Of a stretch of 64,000 nucleotides of DNA, positions 27,006 to 40,522 are shown piece after piece (position 1 is the stretch's first letter; the number at the start of each line of letters is the position of its first letter). Made by a program: the position numbers and the translations under genes. The notes under the pieces are model-generated. The model was not told the origin of the DNA and did not search any database. It was given only the letters and a program-made list of their open reading frames with translations. Source of the stretch: Leucoraja ocellata (lineage: Eukaryota); the NCBI GenBank assembly GCA_036785375.1, contig JAWMAR010000246.1, positions 1,178,001-1,242,000 on the forward strand. Direction: 5' to 3'.

Positions 27006-28270
27006 GGACATTGGTTCCACTCTTCAATCATAGATGTGGCTGTCCCTAGACCTGGGGTCTCCTCCATATCCTGCACCTCCGCTCTTGCACCCTCCTCCCC
27101 CTCCTCCCCCCCCTCCCCCTCCTCCCCCTCCTCCTCCTCCCCCTCCCAGACAGAGTCCACCTTGTCCTCACCTTCTACCCCATCAGACGTCGCATAATCC
27201 GTCGAAGGAGTTTCTTCCCAGAGGCCATTCGGACTGTACACGCCTATCTCACCAGGGACTAACTCTACTGAACATTTTTCCTTCCATTATTTATTATGTA
27301 AAAGAATATGTGTGTTATGATTGTGTTTATAGTTTGTTTGGTTGTTTGTCTTTTGCACAAAATTGCACAAGCATTGTCACTTTCATTTCATTGCACATCT
27401 TGGATGTGTATGTGACAAATAAACTTGACTATCCTCCAACATTTTCGCCACCAACGTGATCCCACCACTGGCCACATCTTCCCATCTCCACCCCGTTCTG
27501 CTGACCATCCCCTCCACAACTCCCTGGTCAACCCGTCCCGTCACACCCAAACCACCCCTTCCCCAGGTACTTTCCCCTGCAACCGCCAGCGAAGCAACAC
27601 CTGTCCCTTTTCCTCCCCCCTCGACTCAAGGAACCAAACAGTATTTTCAGGTGAGGCAGAGTTCACGCCCCTCCTCCAAACTCATCAACTGTATCTGCTG
27701 TTCCAGGTGTGGACATCTATATATCGGAAGCACCAAATGCAGGCTCGGCGATCGTTTCGCTGAACACCTCCGCTCAGTCTGCTTAAACGTACCAGATTTT
27801 CCAGTTGTAAACACTTTAACTCCCTCTCCCATTCCCACACTGAACTTTCTGTTGGGCCTCCTCCATTGTCAGAGTGAAGCCCAACACAAATTGGAGGAAC
27901 AGCACCTCATTTTGCTTGGGCAGCTTACACCACAAAGATATGAATGTTGACTTATCTAACTTCAAGTAATCCTTGCTTTCCCTCTCTCTCCATCCCTCAC
28001 CCTTCCCAGTTCTCCGACCAGTCTCACTGTTCCTGATTACATTTTATTTCTGTTTGCTTTGTTGTTTCCTTTTCCAAGCTAGCAATGATCTATTCAATAT
28101 TTTCCTTGAACTCCACCCCCTTTGATGTCTCACCTTACACTTCCTTATCTCTGTATCTCCTCCTCCCCTGACTCTCAGTCTGAAGAAGGGCCTCAACCTG
28201 AAACGTCACCCATTCCTTCTCTCCAGAGATGCTGCCTGTCCCGCTGAGTTACTCAGCATTTTATGTCTGT
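27005..28270 (+). mobile_element. Penelope-like element interrupted by a Rex-like 3' end (~27200-27430)
   Basis: 27005-27200 aligns by eye with 36850-37000; GIY-YIG ORF 27456-27950; insert nearly identical to 35390-35640. Confidence 0.85.
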
Positions 28271-28299
28271 CTTGTGTTTTATTGTCATATGCCCTGAAA

Positions 28300-28990
28300 G
28301 GGAGAGACGGAGAGTGCAGAGGACTGAGTTAGAGAAAGAGAGAGACCAGATACAGAGAGTGAGACATAGACACAGAGAGGGGGGAGGGGGGGGTGAGATA
28401 GAGCGAGACAGACTCGGAGAGAGAGAGGGAGAGACAGAAAGACAGATAGAAACAGAGAGAGATATAGGGAGAGACAGAGAGAGAGAGAGACAGAGGTTCA
28501 GAAAAAGAGAGAGGGAGACAGAGATGCGAGAGAGAGAGGGGGGCACAGAGAGAGAGGCAGATAGAGAGAGAGACAGACCGAGAGAGACAGTGAGAGGGAG
28601 AGAAACAGAGAAAAAGAGAGATGGAGTGGGAGAGACAGAGAGAGAGAGAGGGGAGAGAGAAAATGAGAGCGGCTGAGAGAGAAAGAGAGAAACACAGAGC
28701 GAGGGAGAGAGAGACCGAGAAAGAGAGAGTGAGATACAGGCAGAGGAGGCAGAGAGAGAGAGGCAGAGGTAGAGACATAGACAGAGAGACAGAGACAGAG
28801 TGGGACAGACAGAAAGAGTGGAACGGAGAGAGGGAGAGGGAGAGAATGGCAGAGGCAAACAGACAGAGTGAGAGATGGAGAGACAGAGAGAGTGAGAGAG
28901 ACACAGAGAGAGATAGAGAGAGACAGGGAGAGAGAGAGAGACAGAGAGGCCAGAGACAGAGAGTGGGAGAGAAACAGGGTGATGAAGGGG
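28300..28990. repeat. degenerate (GA)n/(GACA)n microsatellite
   Basis: Purine-rich simple repeat running into an N gap. Confidence 0.95.
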
Positions 28991-29144
28991 NNNNNNNNNN
29001 NNNNNNNNNNNNNNNNNNNNNNNNNNNNNNNNNNNNNNNNNNNNNNNNNNNNNNNNNNNNNNNNNNNNNNNNNNNNNNNNNNNNNNNNNNNNNNNNNNNN
29101 NNNNNNNNNNNNNNNNNNNNNNNNNNNNNNNNNNNNNNNNNNNN
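28991..29144. other. assembly gap (154 N)
   Basis: Run of N. Confidence 1.
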
Positions 29145-30529
29145 ACCTGAGAGACGGTGAATGACCACCATGCACATATGTGCGCACACACTAATTGACA
29201 TTAACTGACACTAAGAAATTAATATTGAATTGCTAAACTTGCTATGGTGTTGTACTGCTTACAGCTGCAAGAACGTGTAGCAATCAATAAAGGGCTAAAG
29301 GCCTATTGCGAGTTTATGTACAGGGACATATCTATCCATGCATTGTATACTTGTATTTATACATGCATCTTAAATGTGTATGTCATGTTTTATACTTTGG
29401 CAATATAACAATGTATTTTTTATCATGCCAATAAAGTTTTGAAATTGAATTGAAATTGAATTGAGAGAGAAAGAGTGTAGTGGGGCAGAGAGAGAGGGTG
29501 TAGGGGGCAGAGAGCGAGGGTGTAGGGGGAAGAGGTAGAGGGTGTAGGGAGCAAAGAGTGATGTATTCAAGAGAGAGTTAGATATAGCGCTTAGGGCCAA
29601 TGGAATCAAGGGATATGGGGAGAAAGCAGCAACGGGGTACTGATTTTGGATGATCAGCCATGATCATATTGAATGGTGGTGCTGGCTCAAAGGGCTGAAT
29701 GGCCTACTGCACCTGGTTTCTATGTTTGTATGAGAGAGTGTGTAGGGGGGCGGAGAGAGAAAGTGTAGGGGGAATAGAGAGAGAATGTAGGGGGGCAGAG
29801 GGAGAGTGTAGGGGCAGAGAGAGTGGGGGGGGGGGCAGTGGTGGCAGAGGGAGAGAGAGCACGGAGACAGGAGTGATAGCAGGGGGCAGATAGCGAGCGG
29901 ATGGGGAGAGGGGGAGTGAGTGCAATGGGGCAGAGAGAGCGAGCAGGGGAGTAAATGACATGATAAACATTCTTTCATTTTGTTCACCTCCACGTTTATC
30001 CATTGATTTTAATGTGTTCATTTGCTCTCTCAGGTTCGAGCTTCCAACAACTACTCTGACTGAACAAGTTCTTCTTCAGATCCTCCCTGACCTGAAACCC
30101 ATTCCCTCAAGTTTTAGATATCTATGCTAATGTTTCAAAGAAACATAGAAAATAGGTGCAGGAGGAGGCCATTTGGCCCTTCAAGCCAGCACCGCCATTC
30201 ATTGCGATCATGGCTGATCGTCCCCAATCAATAACCCGTGCCTGCCTTCTTCCCATATCCCTTGATTCCACTAGCCCCTAGAGCTCTATCTAACTCTCTC
30301 TTAAATCCATCCAGTGATTTGGCCTCCACTGCCCTCTGTGGCAGGGAATTCCACAAATTCACAACTCTCTGGATGAAAATGTTTTTTCTCACCTCAGTCT
30401 TAAATGGTCAGTCTTCCTACTATCTGCTCTAACTATGCCCCTCGTCATTTTGTATACCTCTTTATCTACATCTCTATCTGCATATCTCTACTGTTTATTA
30501 AACATTGTTAAACTGACAGTTGTTAATGC

Positions 30530-32620
30530 CTCAAAGTCAACATCATTGCAAATCAGCATGGATTTACGAAAGGTAAATCATGTCTGACGAATCTTATAGA
30601 ATTTTTCGAGGATGTAACTAGTAGCGTGGATAGGGGAGAACCAGTGGATGTGGTGTATCTGGACTTCCAGAAGGCTTTCGACAAGGTCCCACATAAGAGA
30701 TTAGTATACAAACTTAAAGTACACGGCATTGGGGGTTCAGTATTGATGTGGATAGAGAACTGGCTGGCAAACAGGAAGCAAAGAGTAGGAGTAAACGGGT
30801 CCTTTTCACAATGGCAGGCAGTGACTAGCGGGGTACCGCAAGGCTCAGTGCTGGGACCCCAGCTATTTACAATATATATTAATGATCTGGATGAGGGAAT
30901 TGAAGGCAATATCTCCAAGTTTGCAGATGACACTAAGCTGGGGGGCAGTGTTAGCTGTGAGGAGGATGCTAGGAGACTGCAAGGTGACTTGGATAGGCTG
31001 AGTGAGTGGGCAAATGTTTGGCAGATGCAGTATAATGTGGATAAATTATAGTCCGTCTGTTTTAAAAAAAATAGTCCGTCTGTTTTTTTTCTTTTGTTTT
31101 GTTCCTTGTCATGTTTTAGTTAATTTTGTTTTATTGTTGTGTATGTGGGTGGGGTGGGAGAAACAATGCTTTGGCCTCTTCCTTCGGGGGATGCGACTTT
31201 TTCTTCGGTCGTATCCCCCGTCTCCGTCTGCGCCGAGGCCTAATGGCGGAGCTGGCGGCAACGGAGCTGTAGCAGCGGCAGCAGCGGCGGAGACCTGACT
31301 CGGCCCTGGAGCTGTGGCGGCAGCAGCAGCAGCGGAGACCCGACTCGGCACCGAAGCTGTAGCGGCGGCGGCGGCAGCGGCAGCAGCAGCGGAGACCTGA
31401 CTCGGCACCGAAGCTGTAGTGGCGGCAGCAGCAGGGGAGACCCGACTCGGCACCGAAGCTGTAGTGGCGGCAGCAGCAGGGGAGACCTGACTCGGCCCTG
31501 GAGCTGTGGCGAGGCAGCGGCAGCGGAGACCCGACTCGGCCTCTGAGCTGTGACGAGGCAGCGACCACCCGCGGAGTTTGAACCGTCGCCTCGGCGCAGA
31601 GGAAGAACAAAGAGGGAAGAGCCAGAGACTTTAAGATTTTGCCTTCCACCACAGTGAGGAGGTGTTTGGTGAACTCACTGTGGTGGATGTTAAATTTGTG
31701 TTGACTATGTGTTTTGTCATTTTTTTTAATTATATGTATGACTGCAGGGAAACAGAATTTCGTTCAGACCGAAAGGTCTGAATGACAATAAACAAATCTA
31801 ATCTAATCTAATCTAATCTAAATGTGAGGTTATCCATTTTGGTGGCAAAAACAGGAAAGCAGACTATTATCTAAATGGTGGCCGATTAGGAAAAGGGGAG
31901 ATGCAGCGAGACCTGGGTGTCATAGTACACCTGTCATTGAAAGTAGGCATGCAAGTGCAGCAGGCAGTGAAGAAAGCGAATGGTATGTTAGCTTTCATAG
32001 CAAAAGGATTTGAGTATAGGAGCAGGGAGGTTCTACTGCAGTTGTACAGGGTCTTGGTGAGACCACACCTGGAGTATTGCGTACAGTTTTGGTCTCCAAA
32101 TCTGAGGAAGGACATTATTGCCATAGAGGGAGTGCAGAGAAGGTTCACCAGACTGATTCCTGGGATGTCAGGACTGTCTTATGAAGAAAGACTGGATACT
32201 TGGTTTATACTCTCTAGAATTTAGGAGATTGTGAGGGGATCTTATAGAAACTTACAAAATTCTTAAGGGGTTGGACAGGCTAGATGCAGGAAGATTGCTC
32301 CCGATGTTGGGGAAGTCAAGGGGTCACAGCTTAAGGATAAGGGGGAAATCCTTTAAAACCGAGATGAGAAGAACTTTTTTCACACGGAGAGTGGTGAATC
32401 TCTGGAACTCTCTGCCGCAGAGGGTAGTCGAGGCCAGTTCATTGGCTATATTTAAGAGGGAGTTAGATGTGGCCCTTGTGGCTAAGGGGATCAGAGGGTA
32501 TGGAGAGAAGGCAGGTACGGGATGCTGAGTTGGATGATCAGCCATGATCATATTGAATGGCGGTGCAGGCCCGAAGGGCCGAATGGCCTACTCCTGCACC
32601 TAATTTCTATGTTTCTATAA
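30530..32620 (+). mobile_element. young CR1 LINE 3' part, split by an insertion at 31047-31818
   Basis: [41 protein letters not shown]; reading resumes at CEVIHF after the insertion. Confidence 0.95.
31047..31818 (+). mobile_element. GC-rich non-coding retroposon (hairpin family copy B) with internal minisatellite
   Basis: TSD taaat; hairpin 31645-31687; tail aatttcgttcagaccgaaaggtctgaatgacaataaa(aatct)n. Confidence 0.85.
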
Positions 32621-34974
32621 TTGGAACATAGGCAGCAAGTGTATGCAGTGATAGCTTATGCTGACAAAAATCGGGGCAGCAACTAAAAATTGCCCTGCAG
32701 GTCAACTATATCTAGACAATAAGCTATCCTTAAAACACATGATTTCTGTTGCAATCTCAAATCAGATTATTGTTATGTTATCAACTTAAGGTGTTCATTG
32801 TATTAATGTCAAAAAGGCAGCTTAATGTCATCAAAAACCCTCACCAGCCTAGCCACACTTTCATCTTGCTACTACCATCAAGAGGAAGATACAGGAGCCT
32901 GAAAACCATGACCTCCAGATTCAAGAAGAGCTTTTTACCAACAACCACTAGACCTTTGAACACTGTGCTACACCAAACCCAGCTTAATCTCAAAAAGTAT
33001 GTCCTACCATGGACGTTGTTGTAGTTGCACTATCTACTTTGGTGTTCCATTATTATGATCCGGTTACTGAGGATTACTGATTATTACTTTACTGTATTAT
33101 TAATCTATTTGTGCATTATGATTGGTTTACTGTATTTTAACATTGTGTTTTTTACCTGCTTTTAACTATTTATACTGTTCCATCAGGGACTGGATTGTTT
33201 TTTTTTAGTGTTATTATGTGTGAAGTGTTTTTAAATTTCATGTGCGATGCTCCGCTATTCACTGGGAAACGTCTTTTCATTTTGCACTGTACAACTGTTG
33301 CTTGCAAGATGACAATAAAGGTTGATTGATTGATTGATTATTGCTTTAACGGGCCCAGAAAGCAGAAACAAATTAACATTTATTGTTTTGTGGATACACG
33401 TGACAATGAAACACACGACTCTTTAACAGCAGAAGGCGTAATGGGTCTTCATTTAATCTTAAAAGTGAACTACAGTTAATTGGAATCAAAATATATATTT
33501 CAATATAAAGAGGATAATAGGAGAGTTATTAACAAGAGCTGGGAAATTTACTAATAATTAATTGTTATTCAAGAAATTATGTAACTAAACTCTAGTTTAT
33601 TGGCTAATTCTGTGCTAAATCCATTTGAAAATCTTCCAGTGCTTACAGGAACATTTTAAACAATTGTTAAACACTCCAACAGTAGATAAAAGATGAATGG
33701 AAGTAATAATGTCCACCTCGTATTTATTTAAGAACAATAAGTGCTATAACAATACCAGTTCACTGCTGATTATTTTATTTATTTTGTAGATAGCACAGGA
33801 AATAAACTATATCAACAGATCAAAGGTCAAATAAAATGTTATATATTATTATTGTTTTAAATTAATATTAAGCGTTAATATTAAGCGTTCACACAGAGAG
33901 TGGTGAATCTCTGGAATTCCCTGCCACAGAAGGTAGGTGAGGCCAGTTCATTGGCTATATTTAAGAGGGAGTTAGATGTGGCCCTTGTGGCTAAAGGGAT
34001 CAGGGGGTATGGAGAGAAGGCAGGTACAGGATACTGAGTTGGTTGATCAGCCATGATCATATTGAGTGGCGGTGCAGGCTCGAAGGGCCGAATGGCCTAC
34101 TCCTGCACCTATTTTCTACGTTTCTATGTTATACTCAATCTCAAAGTCGAATCCACATCAAACCTATGGCCAAGAAAGCACACCAACACCTCGGATAGAC
34201 ACAAAATGCTGGAGTAACTCAGTGGGACAGGCAGCACCTCTGGAGAGAAGGAATGGGTGCCGATTTGGGTGGAGTTCTTCAGACTTCCTTCTTACACACG
34301 CCTTCTTCCTTCCTACACACACACCAACACCTCTAATTTCTTAAAAAGTTTAGGAAGTTCACATGTCCTCAAAAAGCTTTCACCAACTTCTACAGATGTG
34401 CCGTAGAAAGCATTTTATTGAGATGCATCACAACATGGTTTGGGAACAGCTCCTTCCAAGACCACAAGAAATTGCAGAGAGTTGTGGACGTAGACCATAC
34501 CACACAAACCAACCTCCCTTCTATTGACTCCATCTACATCAGGCTACCTCGGCAAGGGCACCAGCATAATCAAGGTCCAGTCTCTTCCCGGTCATTCCCC
34601 TTCTCCATCAGGCAAGACGTGCAGACATTTGAAAACACATACCTCCAGATCTGTTCAGTTCAGTTTATTGTCATGTGTATCAAAGTGAAAACAGTGAAAA
34701 GCTTTTTCTTGCGTGCTAACCAGTCAGCAGAAAGACAATACATGATTGCAATCAATCCATTTACAGTGTATCGATACATGATAAGGGAATAATGTTTAGT
34801 GCCAGGTAAAGCTAGTCAAGGATAGTCTGAGGGACATCAAAGAGGTAGTTCAGCACTGCTCTCTGGTTGTGGTAGGGTGATTCAGTTGCCAGATAAAGGT
34901 ACAGTTTCTTCCCAGCTGTTATCTGGCAACTGGACTGTCTTCCCACCAGCTAGAGTACAGTGCTGATTTCCCAT

Positions 34975-35650
34975 ATCTGGGAGTCCACATCTCTGAGGAT
35001 ATGACATGGGCATCACACGCCTCAGCACTCGTGAGTAAGGCAAGGCAGCGCCTTTACCACCTCAGGCAATTGAGGAAATTCAGAGTGTCTCCGAGGATCC
35101 TCCAGTGCTTCTACACAGCGGCGGTGGAAAGCATCTTGTCCGGGAACATTACCATCTGGTTTGGGAATTGCTCTGCCAAGGACAAGAAGGCTCTGCAGAG
35201 AGTAGTGCGTTCGGCCGAACGCACTATGGGAACTTCACTCACCCCCCTGCAGGAACTATACAACAGGAGGTGCAACTCCAGAGCAAACAAAATCATGGGG
35301 GACCCCTTCCACCCCTGCAACGGACTGTTCCAGCTGCTACGGTCAGGCAAACGCCTCCGTTGCCATGCGGTGAGAACGGAGAGGTTGAGAAGGAGTTTCT
35401 TCCCAGAGGCAATTCGAACTGTAAACGCCTATCTCACCAGGGACTCACTCTACAGAACGCTTTTCCTTCCATTATTTTTCCTTCCATAATTTATTATGTA
35501 AAAGAATATGTGTGGTATGATTGTGTTTATAAATTGTTTGGTTGTTTTGTTGTTTGTCTTTTGCACAAAAGTCCGCGAGCATTACCACTTTCATTTCACT
35601 GCACATCTCGTATGTGTATGTGACAAATAAACTTGACTTGACTTGACTTG
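34975..35650 (+). mobile_element. young Rex1/Babar-like LINE 3' fragment inserted in an older relative (~34340-35810)
   Basis: Open 162-aa ORF KARQRLYHLRQLRKF...ESILSGNITIWFG...SFFPEAIR; (gactt)n tail. Confidence 0.85.
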
Positions 35651-35859
35651 ATCTACCTTATTGGAGACGTTTGAACTATCTTTAATCAAACTTTATCTTG
35701 CACTAAATGTTGTACCCTTTATCTTTCATCTGTGGATAGCTTGATTGTAATCATGTACAGACTTGTCTTTGGATAGCATGCATGACAAAAGCCTTTCACT
35801 GCACTTCAAGCTTGTATTTTTTCATCTTGTTTCTGCTGTGGCCCTGAACCTACCCATGT

Positions 35860-36118
35860 TAGGGTGCACAATGGTGCAGCTGATACAGCTGCTGCCTCAC
35901 ATTGTCAGAGACCTGGGTTTGGTCCTGACCTTGGGTGCTCTCTGTATGGAGTCTGCACGTTTTCTCTGTGCCCGTGTAGATTTCCTCCAGGTGCCCCAGT
36001 TTCCTCAGATCACAAAAAAGGTTAATTGGCCTCCGTAAATTGCCCCTAGTGTGTACCGCATGGATGATTGATAGCATGGACTCGGTGGTTCGAAGGGCCT
36101 ATTTCCATACTCTATTTC
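35860..36118 (+). mobile_element. HE1/V-SINE
   Basis: tRNA-like head, V-domain, CR1-like 3' tail (gaagggcctatttcc). Confidence 0.8.
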
Positions 36119-36774
36119 TAAACGTTTTCCTGATCTTGCCACCCTCCCCACAGGTAGCCCGCATTATAAATCCTGCCTCACACTCCAAGCTAATGAGTGA
36201 CAGATGTAGAACCATTGGAAGTTCCAAATAGTCATTTACCAGATTATCTGGATTATTCTGTACTGCTACTTTATTGTATCCTTCTTCCTTCGTAAATACT
36301 GATACCAGGTATTTGTTCAGTTCTGAAAATTTCAGTGCTAGAAATACTCTGCAGTTCAGGCACAATGTGTGAATAGAGGAACAAATTTGAAGTTTCAAGT
36401 TAATCTTTAAGAATCATATTGCAGTGAATATTTGGCCCACCATGTTTATGCCAGCCATTAAGTACCTACATGTATACTAATCACTTTTCGCAACACTCAG
36501 TCCATAATCTTCTATGCCGATGCATTTCAAGTGCTCATCGTAATGTTTCTTAAATATTGTGGGAGTACTTGTTTGCTCTTTTCATCAGAATCTACAGAAT
36601 ATTTCAGCTTCTATTTGAGATTTGGAAAGTATGCACTTAGTGTAACACCATATGTTTGCCTCCATAAAATCTTGCCTTCCTTTTATGAGCCACATTTGCA
36701 TTATTTATAAACTTAACTACCTGCAACTCACATTCTCATTTTATTCCATCCCCTACTCCCAATTCCTCTGTCTA

Positions 36775-37730
36775 TGCCGCATCTGCTCCCAGGATGAGGT
36801 GTTCCACACCAGGGTATCGGAAATGTCCTAATTCTTCAGGGAACGGGGGTTACCTTCCCCTACTATAGATGAGGCTCTCACCAGGGTTTCTTCCTTACCC
36901 AGTAACACTGCTCTCTCTCCCCATCCCCCCCCCACTCGTAACAAGGGCAGAGTCCCCCTAGTCCTCACCTTTCACCCCACTAGTCGTCACATACAAATAA
37001 ATAATCCTCCGTTAGTTTCGCCACCTCCAACGTGACCCCATCACTCGCCACATCTTTCCATCTCCCTCCGTCTGCTTTCCGCAAAGACCGCTCCCTCCGT
37101 AACTCCCTGGTTAATTCTTCCCTTCCCTCCTACACCACCCCCTCCCCGGGCACTTTCCCTTGCAACCGCAAGAGATGCTACACTTGTCGCTTTACCTCCC
37201 CCCTCGACTCCATTCCAGGACCCAAGCAGTCGTTCCATGTGTGACAGAGGTTCACCTGCATCTCCTCCAACCTCATCTATTGCATCCGCTGCTCTAGATG
37301 TCAGCTGATCTACATCGGTGAGACCAAGCGTAGGCTTGACAATCGTTTCGCCGAACACCTCCGCTCGGTCCGCATTAACTAACCTGATCTTCCGGAGGCT
37401 CAGCACTTCAACTACCCCTCCCATTCCAAATCCGACCTCTCTGTCCTGGGCCACCGGAAATTGGAGGAGCAGCACCTCCTATTCCGTTTGGGCAGTCTGC
37501 ACCCTAGCGGCATAAACATTGAATTCTCCAATTTCCGGTAGCCCTTGCTGTCTCCTCCCCTTCTCAGCTTTCCCTCAGCCCTCGGGCTCCTCCTCTTCCT
37601 TTTTCCTTTCTTATCCCCGCCCCCCACCCTCCATCAGTCTGAAGAAGGGTTTCGGCCCGAAACGTTGCCTATTTCCTTCGCTCCATAGATGCTGCTGCAC
37701 CCGCTGAGTTTCTCCAGCACTTTTGTCTAA
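36775..37730 (+). mobile_element. Penelope-like element 3' part
   Basis: Degenerate RT thumb/linker, CNRKRC motif, YIGETKR GIY-YIG, terminal repeat with CTGAAGA core at 37639. Confidence 0.9.
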
Positions 37731-39269
37731 CCTCATTTTATTATATGTCATTTTCCCAATCAATAGCAATTGCTCCCATGCTGGATGTGCATATACTTTT
37801 CATGCAATGAGGTGTTCTGTCTCCTTCCAAGTTTTCTAATTACTTGCTACCAGATGCTAAATGTTAAGCAGAGGACAATTGCAGCAAAATTCAAAATTCG
37901 CAAATATTTTGTTGACACAGATCCCCCATTTGTACGTATGTGTCAGTTGATTGATATGCGAGATAACAATCTGAGCACGATCAGCAAGAGCTTTCACTCC
38001 CGACCCAAAACATTGTCTGTCCAGAGATGCTGCCTGATCCACTCAGTTCCTCACTTTAAAAGAAAATCCATTTCATGACCCTGTAAACAGGTGATTGGGC
38101 CTCCTCTGGTGGCTCCTTGAACAAATGTCACTATGCCATATATATTGGACTAGAATAACCTAGTTCAATTTATTGTCTGTGCTGATATTATTCAGTTTAG
38201 CAGTGTAGATATCATTCATAGCTATCAATTGTGGATAAACTCCAGAGTGTACAAGCCAGCTGCTTCATTCTCTCAGCATATGACAGTCCCGCCATCCCAG
38301 GAATTAACTTGTAAACCTACGCTGCACTCCCTCAAAAGCAAGAATGTCCTTCCTCAAATTAGGGGCCAAAAACTGCCCACAATACTCCAGATGTGATCTC
38401 ACTAGGGCTCTGTACAACTGCAGAAGGACCTCTTTGCTCCTATATTCGATTTCTCTTGTTATAATGGCCAACATGCATTCGCTTTCTTCACTGCCTGCTG
38501 TACCTGCATGCTTACTTTCATAGACCGATGTACAAGGACCCCCAGATCCCGTTGTACTTCCCCTTTTCCCAACTTGACGCCATTTAGATAGTAGTAATTA
38601 AATTATGCCACCTTTTTGTTCCCCTCTTGACCTTCTACGGATTACCTGTATTCCTCTTTCTCTTCAATAGACAATAGGTGCAGGAGTAGGCCATTCGGCC
38701 CTTCGAGCCAGCACCGCCATTCAATGTGATCATGGCTGATCATCCCCAATCAGTACTCCGTTCCTGCCTTCTCCCCATATCCCCTGACTGTGACTGAGAT
38801 GAGTCGCATCACATCAGAGATGAGTCATATCCATAACAATAACCACTACAATAACCATGAAACAGTAGCTTTTGGTTTAAAGTGATACCCAAAAGGTTCT
38901 TTGTTTAAAAAACTATAGGCCCTCCAGATGCGGAAACAGGAATGCAAAAATGCATCTGAGGCATAGATAGGGTAGACAGTCAGGATCTTTTTCCAAGAAT
39001 GGAAATATCAAATACTAGAGGGCATAGGTTTATGGTGAGTGGTGCAAAGTTTAAGGGAGGAATGAAGGTACGTTTTTTTACAGAGGGTGATGCGTCCCTG
39101 GAATGTGCTCCTGGTTGGGGTTGGTGGAGGCAGATATAATGGTGGCATTTAAGAAGCTTTTGGATAGGCATATAAATATGCAAGGAATTGAGCGGTATGG
39201 ATGATAACGGTGTGGTGGCAGATAAGAGCTGGTCTTGGCATTATGTTCGGTACAGGTATTGTAGGTAGA

Positions 39270-39365
39270 AGGTACACAAAATTGCTGGAGAAACTCAGCG
39301 GGTGCAGCAGCATCTATGGAGCGAAGGAAATAGGCGACGTTTCGGGCCGAAACCCTTCTTCAGAC
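39270..39365 (-). mobile_element. Penelope-derived mini-element
   Basis: Minus strand starts GTCTGAAGAAGGGTTTCGGCCCGAAACGTC; ggtagaagg repeated on both flanks. Confidence 0.85.
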
Positions 39366-40025
39366 CGGTAGAAGGTAGAAGGGCCTGTTACTGTGCTCAT
39401 TGCCTTCACTTGAGAAATTGCAATCAGCAAGCAAAGGATTACAGCCTCACATGCTAATCACCTGCCAAGTATGAGCAAAATGATTGATTTGGTTACAATT
39501 GGGATGGGGTGTGAAAAAAACAGGCACATTTCCTATCTATGTGCAAGTATTCAAGGTTTTTGATGCCTTTGTGGACAAATGGCCTGAAGCTATTTGGGCT
39601 GCTACTTGGAAACTTGCCACATAGGTGATGTTATGGAGATGTCTACGCCTGTGAAATGTATCTACAATCCATGCTAAATATGTGTCAGCGTCTTCTGAAA
39701 AGGAGCAACAATGAGGAGATTGCACTTCTGAGCCACAGAGGGTCGGAAGACAGTGCAAGAGATCTCTAGGGGCATATGACTCAGATTGCTTTCACTCTTT
39801 GATGCCAAAGTGTGACGTCATTTTAAAATGTGGACTGAGCACATCCCTGAAACTATTAGGAAAATGACTGGACAGAGAAGAGGAGATTGTAGAAATGTAG
39901 TTGTCATGAGAGAATAGGTAGGGGGGGGGGGGGGGGGAGGGGGGGGAATCAGATTTAGTGGTAATTTTCAAAGCATTGAGGAACACATAGATGATTTAAC
40001 AATAACAGATACTGGCATAAATAGA

Positions 40026-40031
40026 TTTATT
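40026..40031 (-). terminator. candidate EGF-CFC polyadenylation signal
   Basis: AATAAA ~490 nt after the stop, followed by T/GT-rich sequence; alternative AATAAA at 40159-40164. Confidence 0.4.
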
Positions 40032-40522
40032 AAAATTTTATATTATGAAATAACTTCATATAACAAAAATTACATACAATATTTAAACTATTATTGAAAA
40101 TATCATTCAACGGTATACAAGTTGTTTCCTTGAATAATTAAACTAAAAAAAGACTTGATTTATTTAACCAAACCATTAATATGTTCAATGCACAATTCCC
40201 TCCATTCAATATCACATGACTCAATCATTGCAACTCTCCCTTGCCTTTAACTGTTGCTAATCAATGAAAACAACATGAAAAACACCACTGTATATTTGTC
40301 CCAGTTACAGATCCACCCACGCCAAAGAATGGCATTTATGCATCACATATGTGCATTTAAAGTCTGTCACAAGTGTACCCTGTAGCTTTGCATGATTCTA
40401 TTTCATAATAGAACTGATGCAGTTCTCTGAAAAAGAATAGTAACGTTCCATTAGAAGTTGAACTATAATTAGTCTTATAGCAGCATCCTTTCATCGATGT
40501 GGATAAATTCTCTGGAACATAA

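Noticed and set aside
26936-27241. Acidic Glu/Gly-rich ORF upstream of RGP1
   Set aside because: Antisense reading of a Penelope fragment with an expanded (cct)n tract plus a Rex-like insertion
28253-29201. Long Ser/Leu and Arg/Glu ORFs
   Set aside because: Translation of a GA microsatellite and N gap
31109-31652. Poly-Ala / Cys-rich repeat ORFs and CRISPR-like periodicity
   Set aside because: Minisatellite; intervening segments are related triplet runs rather than unique spacers, and the context is eukaryotic
39920-39946. Poly-G tract downstream of the Cripto polyA signal
   Set aside because: Simple homopolymer, common in this window; no evidence of function
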